From contig JBBFLR010000006.1 of NCBI GenBank assembly GCA_037478935.1, forward strand, positions 2,865 to 66,864: a stretch of 64,000 bases of DNA. The letters are read 5' to 3'. Positions within the stretch are counted from its first letter, which is position 1, and each line of letters begins with the position of its first letter. Origin of the DNA: Candidatus Methanosuratincola sp. GTDB lineage: Archaea; Thermoproteota; Methanomethylicia; Methanomethylicales; Methanomethylicaceae. The notes below the pieces were generated by a model. The model ran no database searches. It was not told where the DNA came from and worked only from the letters and a program-made list of their open reading frames with translations. This document shows positions 37,564-46,385 of the stretch, piece by piece. The position numbers were made by a program, and so were the translations under genes.

Positions 37564-37928
37564 CAATCTTCACCCCCCAGCGACTTCTCGCATCTGCCAG
37601 TCTCTTTGTCTATGTGCACACGTATCTTCAATGGTTTCCCTTCCACCACGCGTTTCAGATACCAATTCTTAGCCTCTGGTCTGTTCTTGACGACCTCTCT
37701 AAGGTCTGCCCTCACCTTCGAGTTTAGTCTTTCCATCACCTTACCCTTGAAAACATCGTCTACCTTGATACCCTCCTTTTGGAGAGTTCCTTGAAAATCC
37801 TTCTTCAGGCGCTCTTCTAGCGAGGGGTCGCTTGCGATGCGCTTCCTGATCAGTTCCAGCTCGGGCAAATCTAATCCAGAGAATTTACTTCTGTCGATTT
37901 TTGTTTTTTTCAATACAAACACTACCAA
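37563..37928 (-). CDS. Hypothetical protein (121 aa), first gene of the unknown operon
   Basis: Charged, helical-looking sequence (LPELELIRKRIASDPSLEERLKKDFQGTLQKEGIKVDD...). TTG start, with other in-frame GTG/TTG starts possible. A TATA-like ACTTAAATAATATT lies about 30 nt upstream on the minus strand. Confidence 0.45.
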   Translation of the reverse strand: MVVFVLKKTKIDRSKFSGLDLPELELIRKRIASDPSLEERLKKDFQGTLQKEGIKVDDVFKGKVMERLNSKVRADLREVVKNRPEAKNWYLKRVVEGKPLKIRVHIDKETGRCEKSLGGED

Positions 37929-38171
37929 AAGTTCTAATTAAGAACTGTTCGGAATATTATTTAAGTATTCCCGTTTTACAAATGAACAAAAACATATCGC
38001 AGCCGAATAAATTCTCAACTTCTTTCAAAGGATCAGGCGCATCCTACATCTTTCTGGCCCCTGACGCCTTTCGTTCCTTCGAACCAGCCCAGCGTGCGTT
38101 TGAAGGAAACTTGCATGAATTAAAATTCCGCTAAAAATGGGAAATAAAAATAAAATGAGTGGCGGGTGCCT

Positions 38172-38846
38172 TTACCAGGCACTCGATGGATCCTGCTTCA
38201 GCTTCGCCACTAGATCCTTTGTCACGCCTACTGCTGCTGAGGCATCGTGAGGTCTTGCATCTGCGCCTATGGACAGTGCCCACTCCTCGGTCACTGGGCC
38301 GCCCCCGACGATTATCTTGACCTTGTTCCTGACCCCTGCTTGGGCGAACATGTCGATCACTCTCTTCATTGCTGGCATCGTCGTGCTCATCAGCGCAGAC
38401 ATCCCAACGACCTCTGCCTTATTATCCTTAGCAGTCTCCAGGAACTTTGCCAACGGCACGTCTTTGCCGAGGTCGATAACATTGAACCCGGCGGCGCTGA
38501 GCATTATCTTGACCAGGTTCTTACCGATGTCGTGGATGTCTCCTTCGACCACTCCGAGGACCACCTTCGCCGGCACCGCTGTCTTGTCAGCCTTCATGTA
38601 CGGAGTAAGTACATCGACAGCTGCATTGAGCGCATTGGCGGAGCAGAGCACCTCTGGGACAAAGTACTCCTTCTTCTCGTACTTCTGATTCACTACACTC
38701 ATCGCGTCGCCGCCGTATTTCGTGACGAGCTCATATGCGTCTAGCTTCGCAGCAACAGCCTCGTTTGCCCACTTGGCAGCAGCTACCTCGTCGCCGTCGA
38801 CTATGGCTTTTACAAACCCGTTTATGATTTCTTCTCTAGTTGCCAT
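38172..38846 (-). CDS. Corrinoid (B12-binding) protein of a methyltransferase system (MtaC/MtbC/MttC-like)
   Basis: An N-terminal helical cap, then VVLGVVEGDIHDIGKNLV (DxHxxG), MSALMSTT and a GGG motif. The ATG at 38846 has a GAGGTG SD 8 nt upstream. Confidence 0.88.
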   Translation of the reverse strand: MATREEIINGFVKAIVDGDEVAAAKWANEAVAAKLDAYELVTKYGGDAMSVVNQKYEKKEYFVPEVLCSANALNAAVDVLTPYMKADKTAVPAKVVLGVVEGDIHDIGKNLVKIMLSAAGFNVIDLGKDVPLAKFLETAKDNKAEVVGMSALMSTTMPAMKRVIDMFAQAGVRNKVKIIVGGGPVTEEWALSIGADARPHDASAAVGVTKDLVAKLKQDPSSAW

Positions 38847-38856
38847 CACCAACACC

Positions 38857-39882
38857 TCACACATAAACCATGCATCTTGCTACTTCGACCATTGCCTTGA
38901 AGTTCGCAGTCGGAGTCCTCGGGGGTATGCCGCACGATGGCATCAGCACATCGACACCTTTCTTGATTGCGTCAACCGCCGCATCCCTGACCTTCTGCGG
39001 AGTACCGAAGAGTAGCGCCGTAATGGTCGGCACGCCTCCAACTATGGCTATCTTATCGCCCACAATAGCCTTTGCAAACGCCGGGTCAACTTGGGCATCT
39101 ACCGAAAATGCATCGAACCCTGTATCTGCGATAAAAGGCAGGTAAGACGAAGTGTTACCGCAGATGTGCAGCACTATGGGCGCCCCGATCTTCTTTGCCA
39201 TGTTCTGGTATACTGGAACCATCACATCCCTGAAGAACTGTGGCGACAAGATGTCCGAGGTCGCGGACGGGTCTGCTATGCAGACTACGTCGGCACCGCT
39301 CTGGAGTGCCTTCTTGCAGTCATCAACGTTCATCTCGGATATGCGCATCAGCGCCTCCTTGACCTCCTCCTGCGGCCTCTTCTTGGTCCAGATGCAGAAC
39401 TTCTCGATCCCAAAGATGTGTCCGGCAACCGTGAACGGGCCTGTAACTTGGTTGATCACGGGCAGGTAGTCGCCGTACTCCTTCCTGAGCATCTCCTCGA
39501 CCCTGTGCTTTAGCGGGAACCTGCCGGTCTCCACCATGTTCTCCGGTATCTTGAGATCCTTCAGGTCATTGAAGACATGCGTCTCCACGCTAGGATGCCT
39601 GTCTATCCTCCCCCAGTTGATCTTGCACCCGAAGGCCTCTGCTTCGACACAGAGATCGAAAGGCAGTTTGAACCCCTCAAGCCCTATTACCTCCCAGGCA
39701 GCGGCTGCGAGCTTGAAAGCAAGCTGCGGATCCCTGTTTGCCTCAGGGAAAGGCGCGTTCACTGCATTCATCTGTTCGACTGTAGCCGTAGTCAGAGTGT
39801 CCATGCAGCTTATCCTGTCCGCCCGCTTCTTGTTGCCTGTGACGCAAAGAAGGGCACGTTTACGCGGCGTCATTTCGGCCAT
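38857..39882 (-). CDS. Uroporphyrinogen decarboxylase-family methyltransferase (MtaA/MtbA-like methylcobamide methyltransferase)
   Basis: URO-D fold pattern (FDLCVEAEAFGC, TGPFTVAGHIFG, ADVVCIADPSAT, VLHICGNT, MPSCGIPPRTP). The ATG at 39882 is preceded by GGAAGGTGAT. Confidence 0.85.
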   Translation of the reverse strand: MAEMTPRKRALLCVTGNKKRADRISCMDTLTTATVEQMNAVNAPFPEANRDPQLAFKLAAAAWEVIGLEGFKLPFDLCVEAEAFGCKINWGRIDRHPSVETHVFNDLKDLKIPENMVETGRFPLKHRVEEMLRKEYGDYLPVINQVTGPFTVAGHIFGIEKFCIWTKKRPQEEVKEALMRISEMNVDDCKKALQSGADVVCIADPSATSDILSPQFFRDVMVPVYQNMAKKIGAPIVLHICGNTSSYLPFIADTGFDAFSVDAQVDPAFAKAIVGDKIAIVGGVPTITALLFGTPQKVRDAAVDAIKKGVDVLMPSCGIPPRTPTANFKAMVEVARCMVYV

Positions 39883-40056
39883 ATAATCACCTTCCGCTTT
39901 TATCTTGATGCTTTTATATAAAGAATTTCTAGGATGGATAATCCGTCCTTTATTATAAATACTTGCCGTGCAGATCCTTGTTCCATTCAAAAACCCCTAA
40001 CGCGAAGAAGTTATAAAACAGCCTTGGTTGCACAATACTAACGGAGTAGGAAGGTT

Positions 40057-40890
40057 TTGAGGATCTCGAGAGTAGAAATCGTCGCCAAGCCGAATTCGGA
40101 GGAGGCCGCGAGGGTAGCCTTAGACGTGGGGCATTTTCTCTCATCAAGGGGGGTGGAGGTGATCCGCTCCACAGGGATTCAGAGAGAGGGCGTATTTGAA
40201 AAGCCCGTGGAGGCGACGACGGCCGACCTAATTCTGGTTGTTGGCGGGGACGGCACAATAATGCGGACCGCCCAGAGGGCGGGCTCAACGCCAATCCTTG
40301 GCATAAAGGTCGGGGCAAGGGGCTTTCTCTGCGAGACCGTCCCAGAAGACGCCGTCAAAACACTTACCTGCGTCCTGGAGGGCAAGACCTACCTCGAATA
40401 CAAGACCAAACTTTCAGTAAAATTCGGTGGACATCTGCTCCCTGATGCCCTCAACGAGGTGCTCGTGACCTCCTCGAGGCCTTCAAAGATAATTCGCTTC
40501 CTAGTTTCTGCGAACGGCAAGCGCATCCATCGTGGGATGGCTGACGGCGTCATTGTGTCCACGACTACCGGGGCTACCGCATATGCTCTTTCTGCAGGCG
40601 GACCCTTGATTGATCCTGACTTGGACGCAATTGAGCTGGTCTTCGTATGCCCGCTCCATCATGGGGTGCGGCCGGTAATCCTTCCCCCCTCAGCGAAGGT
40701 CGAGGTCAGTCTGTTGCCCGGCTCATCCAGCGGATTGTTAGTCCTCGACGGTCAGACCTCTGTCTGTTTGGAGGAGGGCGGGCAGATCTTTGTAGAAAAG
40801 TCAAAGCTACCTGCAGTCTTTCTGAGGACTGCCCCTCCTGACTTCTATGAAAGAGTGAGGAAATCGCTGAGTATGGGGTTTGAGGCATAG
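40057..40890 (+). CDS. nadK: NAD(+) kinase
   Basis: LILVVGGDGTIMRTAQ, NEVLV and STTTGATAYALSAGGPLIDP. TTG start behind a GGAAGG SD. Confidence 0.88.
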   Translation: MRISRVEIVAKPNSEEAARVALDVGHFLSSRGVEVIRSTGIQREGVFEKPVEATTADLILVVGGDGTIMRTAQRAGSTPILGIKVGARGFLCETVPEDAVKTLTCVLEGKTYLEYKTKLSVKFGGHLLPDALNEVLVTSSRPSKIIRFLVSANGKRIHRGMADGVIVSTTTGATAYALSAGGPLIDPDLDAIELVFVCPLHHGVRPVILPPSAKVEVSLLPGSSSGLLVLDGQTSVCLEEGGQIFVEKSKLPAVFLRTAPPDFYERVRKSLSMGFEA

Positions 40891-41417
40891 TGGCCAAGAC
40901 ATACGTGCTCGATACCTCCGCGATAATCTACGGCTTCAACCCTCGCCTAGTCGAAGGAACCCATTACATCACTCCCGGTGTCGAGGCCGAGCTTTATGCT
41001 GGAAAGACGCGTTCTGTGACGGAGGTATCAATTGCCAGCGGGCGCCTCCGGGTCAGGGCACCGCGTCCCGAGTTCATGACAGTCGTCAGGACCCGCGCCT
41101 CCTCCACTGGAGACCTCAGCGTGCTCTCTGAAACGGATCTCGAGGTCGTAGCGCTCGCGCTCGAGCTAGACAGCGAGGGGGAGAGCGTCCTTGTCGTGAG
41201 CGACGACTACAGTCTGCAGAACCTCTGCACCTTGCTCTCGATCGACTTCAAGCCTATGGTCACAAAGGGGATCTCTGAAGAGTTCTGGTGGTTTCTTTAC
41301 TGCCCCGCATGCGGTGCCACATACGACCAGTCAAAGAAGCTGACCGACTGCCGAGTGTGCGGACACGCACTGAAGAGGAAGGTCTACAGCAAGAAGAAGA
41401 TCAACGGGCCCTTCTGA
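40890..41417 (+). CDS. nob1: Nob1-like endoribonuclease (PIN domain + zinc ribbon)
   Basis: YVLDTSAII (PIN), SETDLEVVALALEL, VVSDDYSLQN and the C-terminal CPACG...CRVCG. The GTG start shares 1 nt with the nadK stop. Confidence 0.75.
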   Translation: MAKTYVLDTSAIIYGFNPRLVEGTHYITPGVEAELYAGKTRSVTEVSIASGRLRVRAPRPEFMTVVRTRASSTGDLSVLSETDLEVVALALELDSEGESVLVVSDDYSLQNLCTLLSIDFKPMVTKGISEEFWWFLYCPACGATYDQSKKLTDCRVCGHALKRKVYSKKKINGPF

Positions 41418-42672
41418 GCCTCGCAATGAAGTAGCCAGGTGCTTCGCAGACGTCTGGGTCAAACCTGATACACTCCTTGAATCCTATCCCTCTTCCAGCC
41501 CCGCTCACTCTGAAGGGCGGATCCTCGAGTTCAAGCCCAAGCTCCTCGACAGCGAACCTGACCATGCCCTCATTCTCCTGCAGTGTCAGCGTACATGTCG
41601 AGTAGACGACCACTCCGCCAGGCTTGACGATCCTTGCAGCTGCCCTTAAGAACTGCTTCTGGAATGCTGCTGATGAGAAGACCTCTGCTGCACTCGCCTC
41701 CTCATAAAGTTTGGGTCTTACACCCAGGGCTGTGCATGGCGGGTCAACGAGCACCCTGTCGGCCTTCAGCGTCGGGCGGTCCCTGTCGAGGTACCTCGAG
41801 TCTGCCCTCTCCAATACGACAGATCTGACTCCAAGGCGCTCAAGCTCCGCCCCCATCTTCTTGATCCTCTTGGGGGAGTGCTCAAAAGCGAGTACCCTCC
41901 CCGTGTCGCGCTGGAGCTGTGCTATGTGGGCGGCCTTGCCTCCGGGCGCTGCACACAGATCCACAATCGTCTCCCCTGGCTGGGGGTCAAGGACTCGCGA
42001 GGTCAATATTGCGGGCAGGCTCTGTTCTTGCACCTTGCCCTCTGAGAACAAACTGGTCTCCCGTATGGGTGGAAGCCTGTATATGCTCTCGGTTGTGGCA
42101 ACCGCAATCCCTTCGGTACCCCTAATCCCTGAATGGATCTTGGAGAATCCTGACCCGACCAAGTGCCCTCGGGGATCTTCGATCCTTACTCTATCGCCAA
42201 CCTTGACCCTCTGCATCCTCATCACCCCGGGCAGATACAGGTTGCTCCCGAGCATTACGCTCTCGGCGGCATGCTTCTTCGCGGTGATAGAATTCCCAGA
42301 TGCGATCACCTCAAAAGGTCCCTCTACAGAGATCATTGCCGCCTCCTCGACCATTTCGTGGACCATGCAGTCCAAGCCGAGACCATTGAAATACCCTGCG
42401 ACCTCTTCAGCATCGCACCTGAGCGTGTTGACCCTGATTGCATACCTCCTCGGGGGAGTACCAAGCCTGTCAAGTACCCCCTGGACCCTTGGGCCGTAAG
42501 CCTCAGAAAGAAGCGCCAGCAGCCCTTCTGAATAGTGCCCCCTGCAAATCTCGCGTGCCAAGGCGCTCCCCCCGGCTTCCCAGAGGAGAACAGTTATTTT
42601 AGTGTAACTTTCATAGCTTACTGTGCAACCTATGCCACTCGGGATTCTATCAAGGAAAGAGGAAGGGTTCAA
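41401..42672 (-). CDS. NOL1/NOP2/Sun-family RNA cytosine-C5 methyltransferase with PUA domain (NSun6-like)
   Basis: A PUA-like VKVGDRVRIEDPRGHLVGSG, the SAM site VDLCAAPGGKAAHIAQL, and catalytic DRVLVDPPCTALG and VYSTCTL. The annotated start overlaps moaE divergently, so a later in-frame TTG is likely. Confidence 0.85.
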   Translation of the reverse strand: MNPSSFLDRIPSGIGCTVSYESYTKITVLLWEAGGSALAREICRGHYSEGLLALLSEAYGPRVQGVLDRLGTPPRRYAIRVNTLRCDAEEVAGYFNGLGLDCMVHEMVEEAAMISVEGPFEVIASGNSITAKKHAAESVMLGSNLYLPGVMRMQRVKVGDRVRIEDPRGHLVGSGFSKIHSGIRGTEGIAVATTESIYRLPPIRETSLFSEGKVQEQSLPAILTSRVLDPQPGETIVDLCAAPGGKAAHIAQLQRDTGRVLAFEHSPKRIKKMGAELERLGVRSVVLERADSRYLDRDRPTLKADRVLVDPPCTALGVRPKLYEEASAAEVFSSAAFQKQFLRAAARIVKPGGVVVYSTCTLTLQENEGMVRFAVEELGLELEDPPFRVSGAGRGIGFKECIRFDPDVCEAPGYFIARLRRAR

Positions 42673-43072
42673 CGCCGAAAGACTGGCCTCGCTTGCGAAA
42701 ACGCGTCTAGAAGAGGGCTCCTACGGGGCACTCATCACTTTCATCGGTACCGTTAGGGGGGCTTCCCGCGGGGGGTCGAAGGTTACAAGGCTGGAGTATG
42801 AGGCATACGAAGAGCTGGCGAGGGAATCGCTACAGAAGATAGCGGATGACATATCCAAGATTGATGGTGTCAGGGACGTGATTATATGTCACCGATATGG
42901 CACATTCACACCGGGCGAAGAAGTTCTCTTTGTTGCGGTCGCCTCCGAAAGGAGCGCCTCAGGCTTCGAGGCCATCCAACGGGCTGTGTACAGGGTGAAG
43001 CACGAGGTCCCGATCTGGAAGAAGGAGTGGACAGCGGATGGGGGCTATTGGGTAGGCATTGAGGGATCTTAG
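42623..43072 (+). CDS. moaE: Molybdopterin synthase catalytic subunit MoaE
   Basis: GALITFIGTVRG...LEYEAYEELA...ICHRYG.F.PGEEVLFVAVAS.R..A FEA......VKHEVPIWKKE. The start is 42623 (GTG) or 42632 (ATG). Confidence 0.85.
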   Translation: MQPMPLGILSRKEEGFNAERLASLAKTRLEEGSYGALITFIGTVRGASRGGSKVTRLEYEAYEELARESLQKIADDISKIDGVRDVIICHRYGTFTPGEEVLFVAVASERSASGFEAIQRAVYRVKHEVPIWKKEWTADGGYWVGIEGS

Positions 43073-43127
43073 CCCAGCAGATCAACGCTATCCAAATTTC
43101 GAATACGGACAGTTCGACAAAATGCGC

Positions 43128-44303
43128 CTAGAGCCTAATGCCCAGGATCGACTCGACCGCGTCGAAAATCCTCCAGGCTCCGGTGAAGTCCTTGTCCTTG
43201 CCTTCAGCAATCTCCCAGGCGAGCCTCTCTGCAATCCTCAGCGCCTCTCCAGTCCTCAGATCGTCGTCGAGGCATCCGAAGAACATGTCCGAATAGTCCT
43301 TTACGCAGTCGCTCATCTCCCCCTCGCCTCTGCCTTCATTGGCAATTTTGGCACCCTCTCTCAGGTTCTGCACCATCCCCTCTGCCCCCTCCAGCCCTGC
43401 CTCGGAGTAATCGATCTTCTCACGGTAGTGCCTCCCGAGCAGGAATGCCCTGAGCGCGCTGCCAGAAAACCTTTCTAAGACGTCCCTTATGTAGACTGAA
43501 CGCCCCAAGGACTTGGACATCTTGTCTCCGCCCATCAGCACGAAGTTGTTGTGCATCCAATACCTTACGAAAACCTTACCGAAGATCACCTTGGACAGCA
43601 GCGCCTCACACTCGTGGTGCGGGTAGATGAGATCGATCCCGCCCCAGTGGACGTCGAACTCGGGTCCGAGCGTTTCTGTCGACATAACCACGCACTGTAT
43701 GTGCCATCCCGGCCTCCCCCTGCCCAAGGGGGAATCCCAGGTCTCCTCCCCCTCCTTGCCTTGCCTCCACAGCGTGAAATCGAACGGGCCCTTCTTTGAG
43801 CCAGTCTCTATCTTGTCTGTGACCGCCTCCTCGACCCTCGAGACGAGTTCCCCGAACCCTCCTGCCTTCTGGACGTCGAAGTAGACCGCACCTCCTGACC
43901 TGTAGGCCAGCCCTGCCTCGAGCAGCCTTGCTGTCGCCTCGGCAATCCTCGGGACGAACTCCGATACCCTTGTGTATACAGTCGCCCTCTTGACACCCAG
44001 CCTGTCCACGTCCTTGAAATACTCCTGGATGAAGTACTCTGCGACCTCCCTAGGCTGCCTCTTCTGCTCGATTGCCCGCTCGGTTATCTTGTCGTCTACG
44101 TCGGTGAAGTTCTGCACGTGTATGAAGCTATATCCGAGTGCTTCGAGGTACCTCCTGAACACGTCGAAGTTTATGTAGGTCCTGGCATGCCCTATGTGGC
44201 AATAGTCGTACACCGTCGGCCCGCATATGTACGCCTTCACCGTGCCCAGTTCGCTTGTTATCAGCTCCTCTTTGCTACCGCTCCTTGTGTTGAATACCTG
44301 CAC
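43128..44303 (-). CDS. cysS: Cysteinyl-tRNA synthetase (short form, about 391 aa)
   Basis: YICGPTVYDYCHIGHARTY (HIGH), WDSPLGRGRPGWHIQC and KMSKSLG. The GTG at 44303 is preceded by GGGGTGAT and sits just after the GNAT gene stop. The longer ORF to 44501 overlaps that gene. Confidence 0.9.
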   Translation of the reverse strand: MQVFNTRSGSKEELITSELGTVKAYICGPTVYDYCHIGHARTYINFDVFRRYLEALGYSFIHVQNFTDVDDKITERAIEQKRQPREVAEYFIQEYFKDVDRLGVKRATVYTRVSEFVPRIAEATARLLEAGLAYRSGGAVYFDVQKAGGFGELVSRVEEAVTDKIETGSKKGPFDFTLWRQGKEGEETWDSPLGRGRPGWHIQCVVMSTETLGPEFDVHWGGIDLIYPHHECEALLSKVIFGKVFVRYWMHNNFVLMGGDKMSKSLGRSVYIRDVLERFSGSALRAFLLGRHYREKIDYSEAGLEGAEGMVQNLREGAKIANEGRGEGEMSDCVKDYSDMFFGCLDDDLRTGEALRIAERLAWEIAEGKDKDFTGAWRIFDAVESILGIRL

Positions 44304-44307
44304 CTGA

Positions 44308-45099
44308 TCACCCCAGTTCAAGTCCAGCAAAAGCGACTGCCCTGCTGCGATCGATCTTCGGCGGATCGCCCAGATATAGCCTCCTGATCCTCTCCTCATA
44401 ATTAAGGTGCCCGATCCCCTCCTCGACCACCACCGCCTTTGCATTCGGTCCTGCAGCCTGCAGCGCCGCCAAGAGTAGATTATTCCCAGCGTCCCGGTCA
44501 TCGGAGATCACAGGTCCTGCAGAGGGCTCGACCGGATCCTTCCTGACTATGGCGAATCCTCCGCACCCCCTCGGTTTAAGGATCCCCCCTCTTTTAACCA
44601 TCTCTTTGAGCAGATTCTGTCTTTCATAACCGAAGCACTCCCGGTCCATCTCGAGTACCGGGGCATCGACTTCCGTGCCCTCTAGAACTCCCTCGCCCCT
44701 CCCGTTCCCATAATGATTCTTCAGAGAGACCAGGTATGCCTCGAGTTCGACCCTGAACCCGTGTGCCTTGTAGAACTCCGTCGTACGTTCGTAAGAAAAA
44801 AGGGCGACAGTCCTCTTATCGCCGAGGCGGTTAACGCACTCCATGAGGATCTCTGCGCCGATCCCATGACCCCTGTCCTTCGGCTTCACCAGGATGTTCG
44901 AGACCCACCCTGCTTTCCCGTAATCGAATACTGTGCCCATCCCGACAATTTCTCCCTGACTGACGGCGACCAAGGTCTTCCCGCCGACCCGCTTGAACCA
45001 ATGAAAGTCGTCCTCGTTGTAGTTCCAGCCCTCTTTTTCCGTCAGTAGGGAGAGCACCGGGAAATCCCTAAGTCCGGCTTCTCTGATCTTGATCTCCAT
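44308..45099 (-). CDS. GNAT-family N-acetyltransferase with C-terminal extension
   Basis: VSNILVKPKDRGHGIGAEILMECV (acetyl-CoA binding motif A) and FYKAHGF. Confidence 0.75.
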   Translation of the reverse strand: MEIKIREAGLRDFPVLSLLTEKEGWNYNEDDFHWFKRVGGKTLVAVSQGEIVGMGTVFDYGKAGWVSNILVKPKDRGHGIGAEILMECVNRLGDKRTVALFSYERTTEFYKAHGFRVELEAYLVSLKNHYGNGRGEGVLEGTEVDAPVLEMDRECFGYERQNLLKEMVKRGGILKPRGCGGFAIVRKDPVEPSAGPVISDDRDAGNNLLLAALQAAGPNAKAVVVEEGIGHLNYEERIRRLYLGDPPKIDRSRAVAFAGLELG

Positions 45100-45250
45100 C
45101 CTGGTCAGATCCCTTGTCCCGGTAGATCTCGTCGCAGAGGTGTTCCCCGTGCGTGATGAATTTCTTGTCTCCCCGTGCGTGCTTTATGCTGCAGGGTCCA
45201 TAATCGTCGTCCTCTGCACCGTACCACTTCTCACACGACTTGCAACGCAT
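45068..45250 (-). CDS. Small cysteine-containing protein (60 aa)
   Basis: MRCKSCEKWYGAEDDDYGPCSIKHARGDKKFITHGEHLCDE (C-x2-C ... C ... C). Its tail overlaps the GNAT gene start by 32 nt. Confidence 0.4.
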   Translation of the reverse strand: MRCKSCEKWYGAEDDDYGPCSIKHARGDKKFITHGEHLCDEIYRDKGSDQDGDQDQRSRT

Positions 45251-45270
45251 TCCTGCATCCGCGCTCCCTT

Positions 45271-45558
45271 TCAGTCCGGTCTCCCAGAGGCGACCCAGTT
45301 TTCCACCCCTTCCCTCACCGTCCTCTCCACCAGCGCCTCCTCCTCCTTTATCAGGGAGCCACCAAGCCTGATTACGGGGGTCTTGTCGCAGTCGAGCATG
45401 AGGAGCTCGGCCATGGCCTCGGAGTCATTTTCCGTGTCCCTCTCCACGACTGTGCTCTCATAGTCGAGCCCCATTGTTACCAAAACCCGGTTCAGGATGA
45501 ACTTGGCAATAGGGCATCTTGTACACGAAGGGGACTTGTAGAGCTTTATCTTGCCCAT
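45271..45558 (-). CDS. Glutaredoxin/thioredoxin-fold protein
   Basis: IKLYKSPSCTRCPIAKFIL (CxxC at the start of helix 1) and TPVIRLGG. Confidence 0.7.
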   Translation of the reverse strand: MGKIKLYKSPSCTRCPIAKFILNRVLVTMGLDYESTVVERDTENDSEAMAELLMLDCDKTPVIRLGGSLIKEEEALVERTVREGVENWVASGRPD

Positions 45559-45626
45559 ACTCTCACCGCACTCTCTATTTTGCCTGATGTGGTTTATCTA
45601 CACTGCGCCGTGAAATCCCCTGATCT

Positions 45627-46145
45627 TCACCTGTAGATTGATGCCCTTAGCGGGTACCTCCTGATGAACTCCCTCTCCACCTCAATCCTGAGCCTTTCGT
45701 CCAGCTCCTGCTGTGCTTTGGAAACCGCCCTGAGATCAGGATGGTGCAGGAAGGGTCCCCCCAGGATCCCTGCCGCATCTGGACCGATCCTGTTCAGGGG
45801 CACCGGATCGCTCTCAAGGATCTTTCCGATTATGTTTTGCCTATCCCCTGAGCCGGAAAGTTTCCCCTCCAACATCTTTTCAAAAAGATCCGACGGGAGC
45901 GGCCTGAAGCCGAATGAGTAGCCCGTAGCTATTGATGTCTCAACGTCCTTGGGCTCGAAGCGCGCCCCGAAGCCGATGTTCTCAGACGGGCTAATCATCA
46001 TCATTTTGAGCCTATAACCAGAATCCGGCCCGACCACTATCGCATTTCCTCTCAGGTCTGATGCCATCTTCCAGCCGAGCGGCTTCTTGTTGTACTTTTC
46101 AATGATCTCACGGATAATCTCGTCTGCAGCGAGCATCTCTTGCAT
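45627..46145 (-). CDS. Hypothetical protein
   Basis: Protein-like 172-aa ORF from the ATG at 46145 (MQEMLAADEIIREIIEKY). The upstream part of ORF 45627..46220 looks non-coding. No family recognised. Confidence 0.5.
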   Translation of the reverse strand: MQEMLAADEIIREIIEKYNKKPLGWKMASDLRGNAIVVGPDSGYRLKMMMISPSENIGFGARFEPKDVETSIATGYSFGFRPLPSDLFEKMLEGKLSGSGDRQNIIGKILESDPVPLNRIGPDAAGILGGPFLHHPDLRAVSKAQQELDERLRIEVEREFIRRYPLRASIYR

Positions 46146-46385
46146 ATTGCTCCAGTGAGATATCTCCGACCACAGATAATAACATTTTTGCAAAACCAAT
46201 ACACACCAAACAACCTGCAACCCAGACCGGGTCAGTCGCTGATTTTCTCCATCCTGCTCCTCAACATGATCCGGATCGGCGCCTCCCGCAAAAGTAATTG
46301 TACTTCCTTGTACAGCAATGTTTAAATATTTTTATAAAAAACCATTTTTGTACATTATAATGAGGTGAGGCGAGCCTTGGACGTT

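Noticed and set aside
41711-42499. 262-aa plus-strand ORF inside the NSun-type methyltransferase gene
   Set aside because: It is an antisense shadow ORF, S/P/L-rich, with no recognisable motif.
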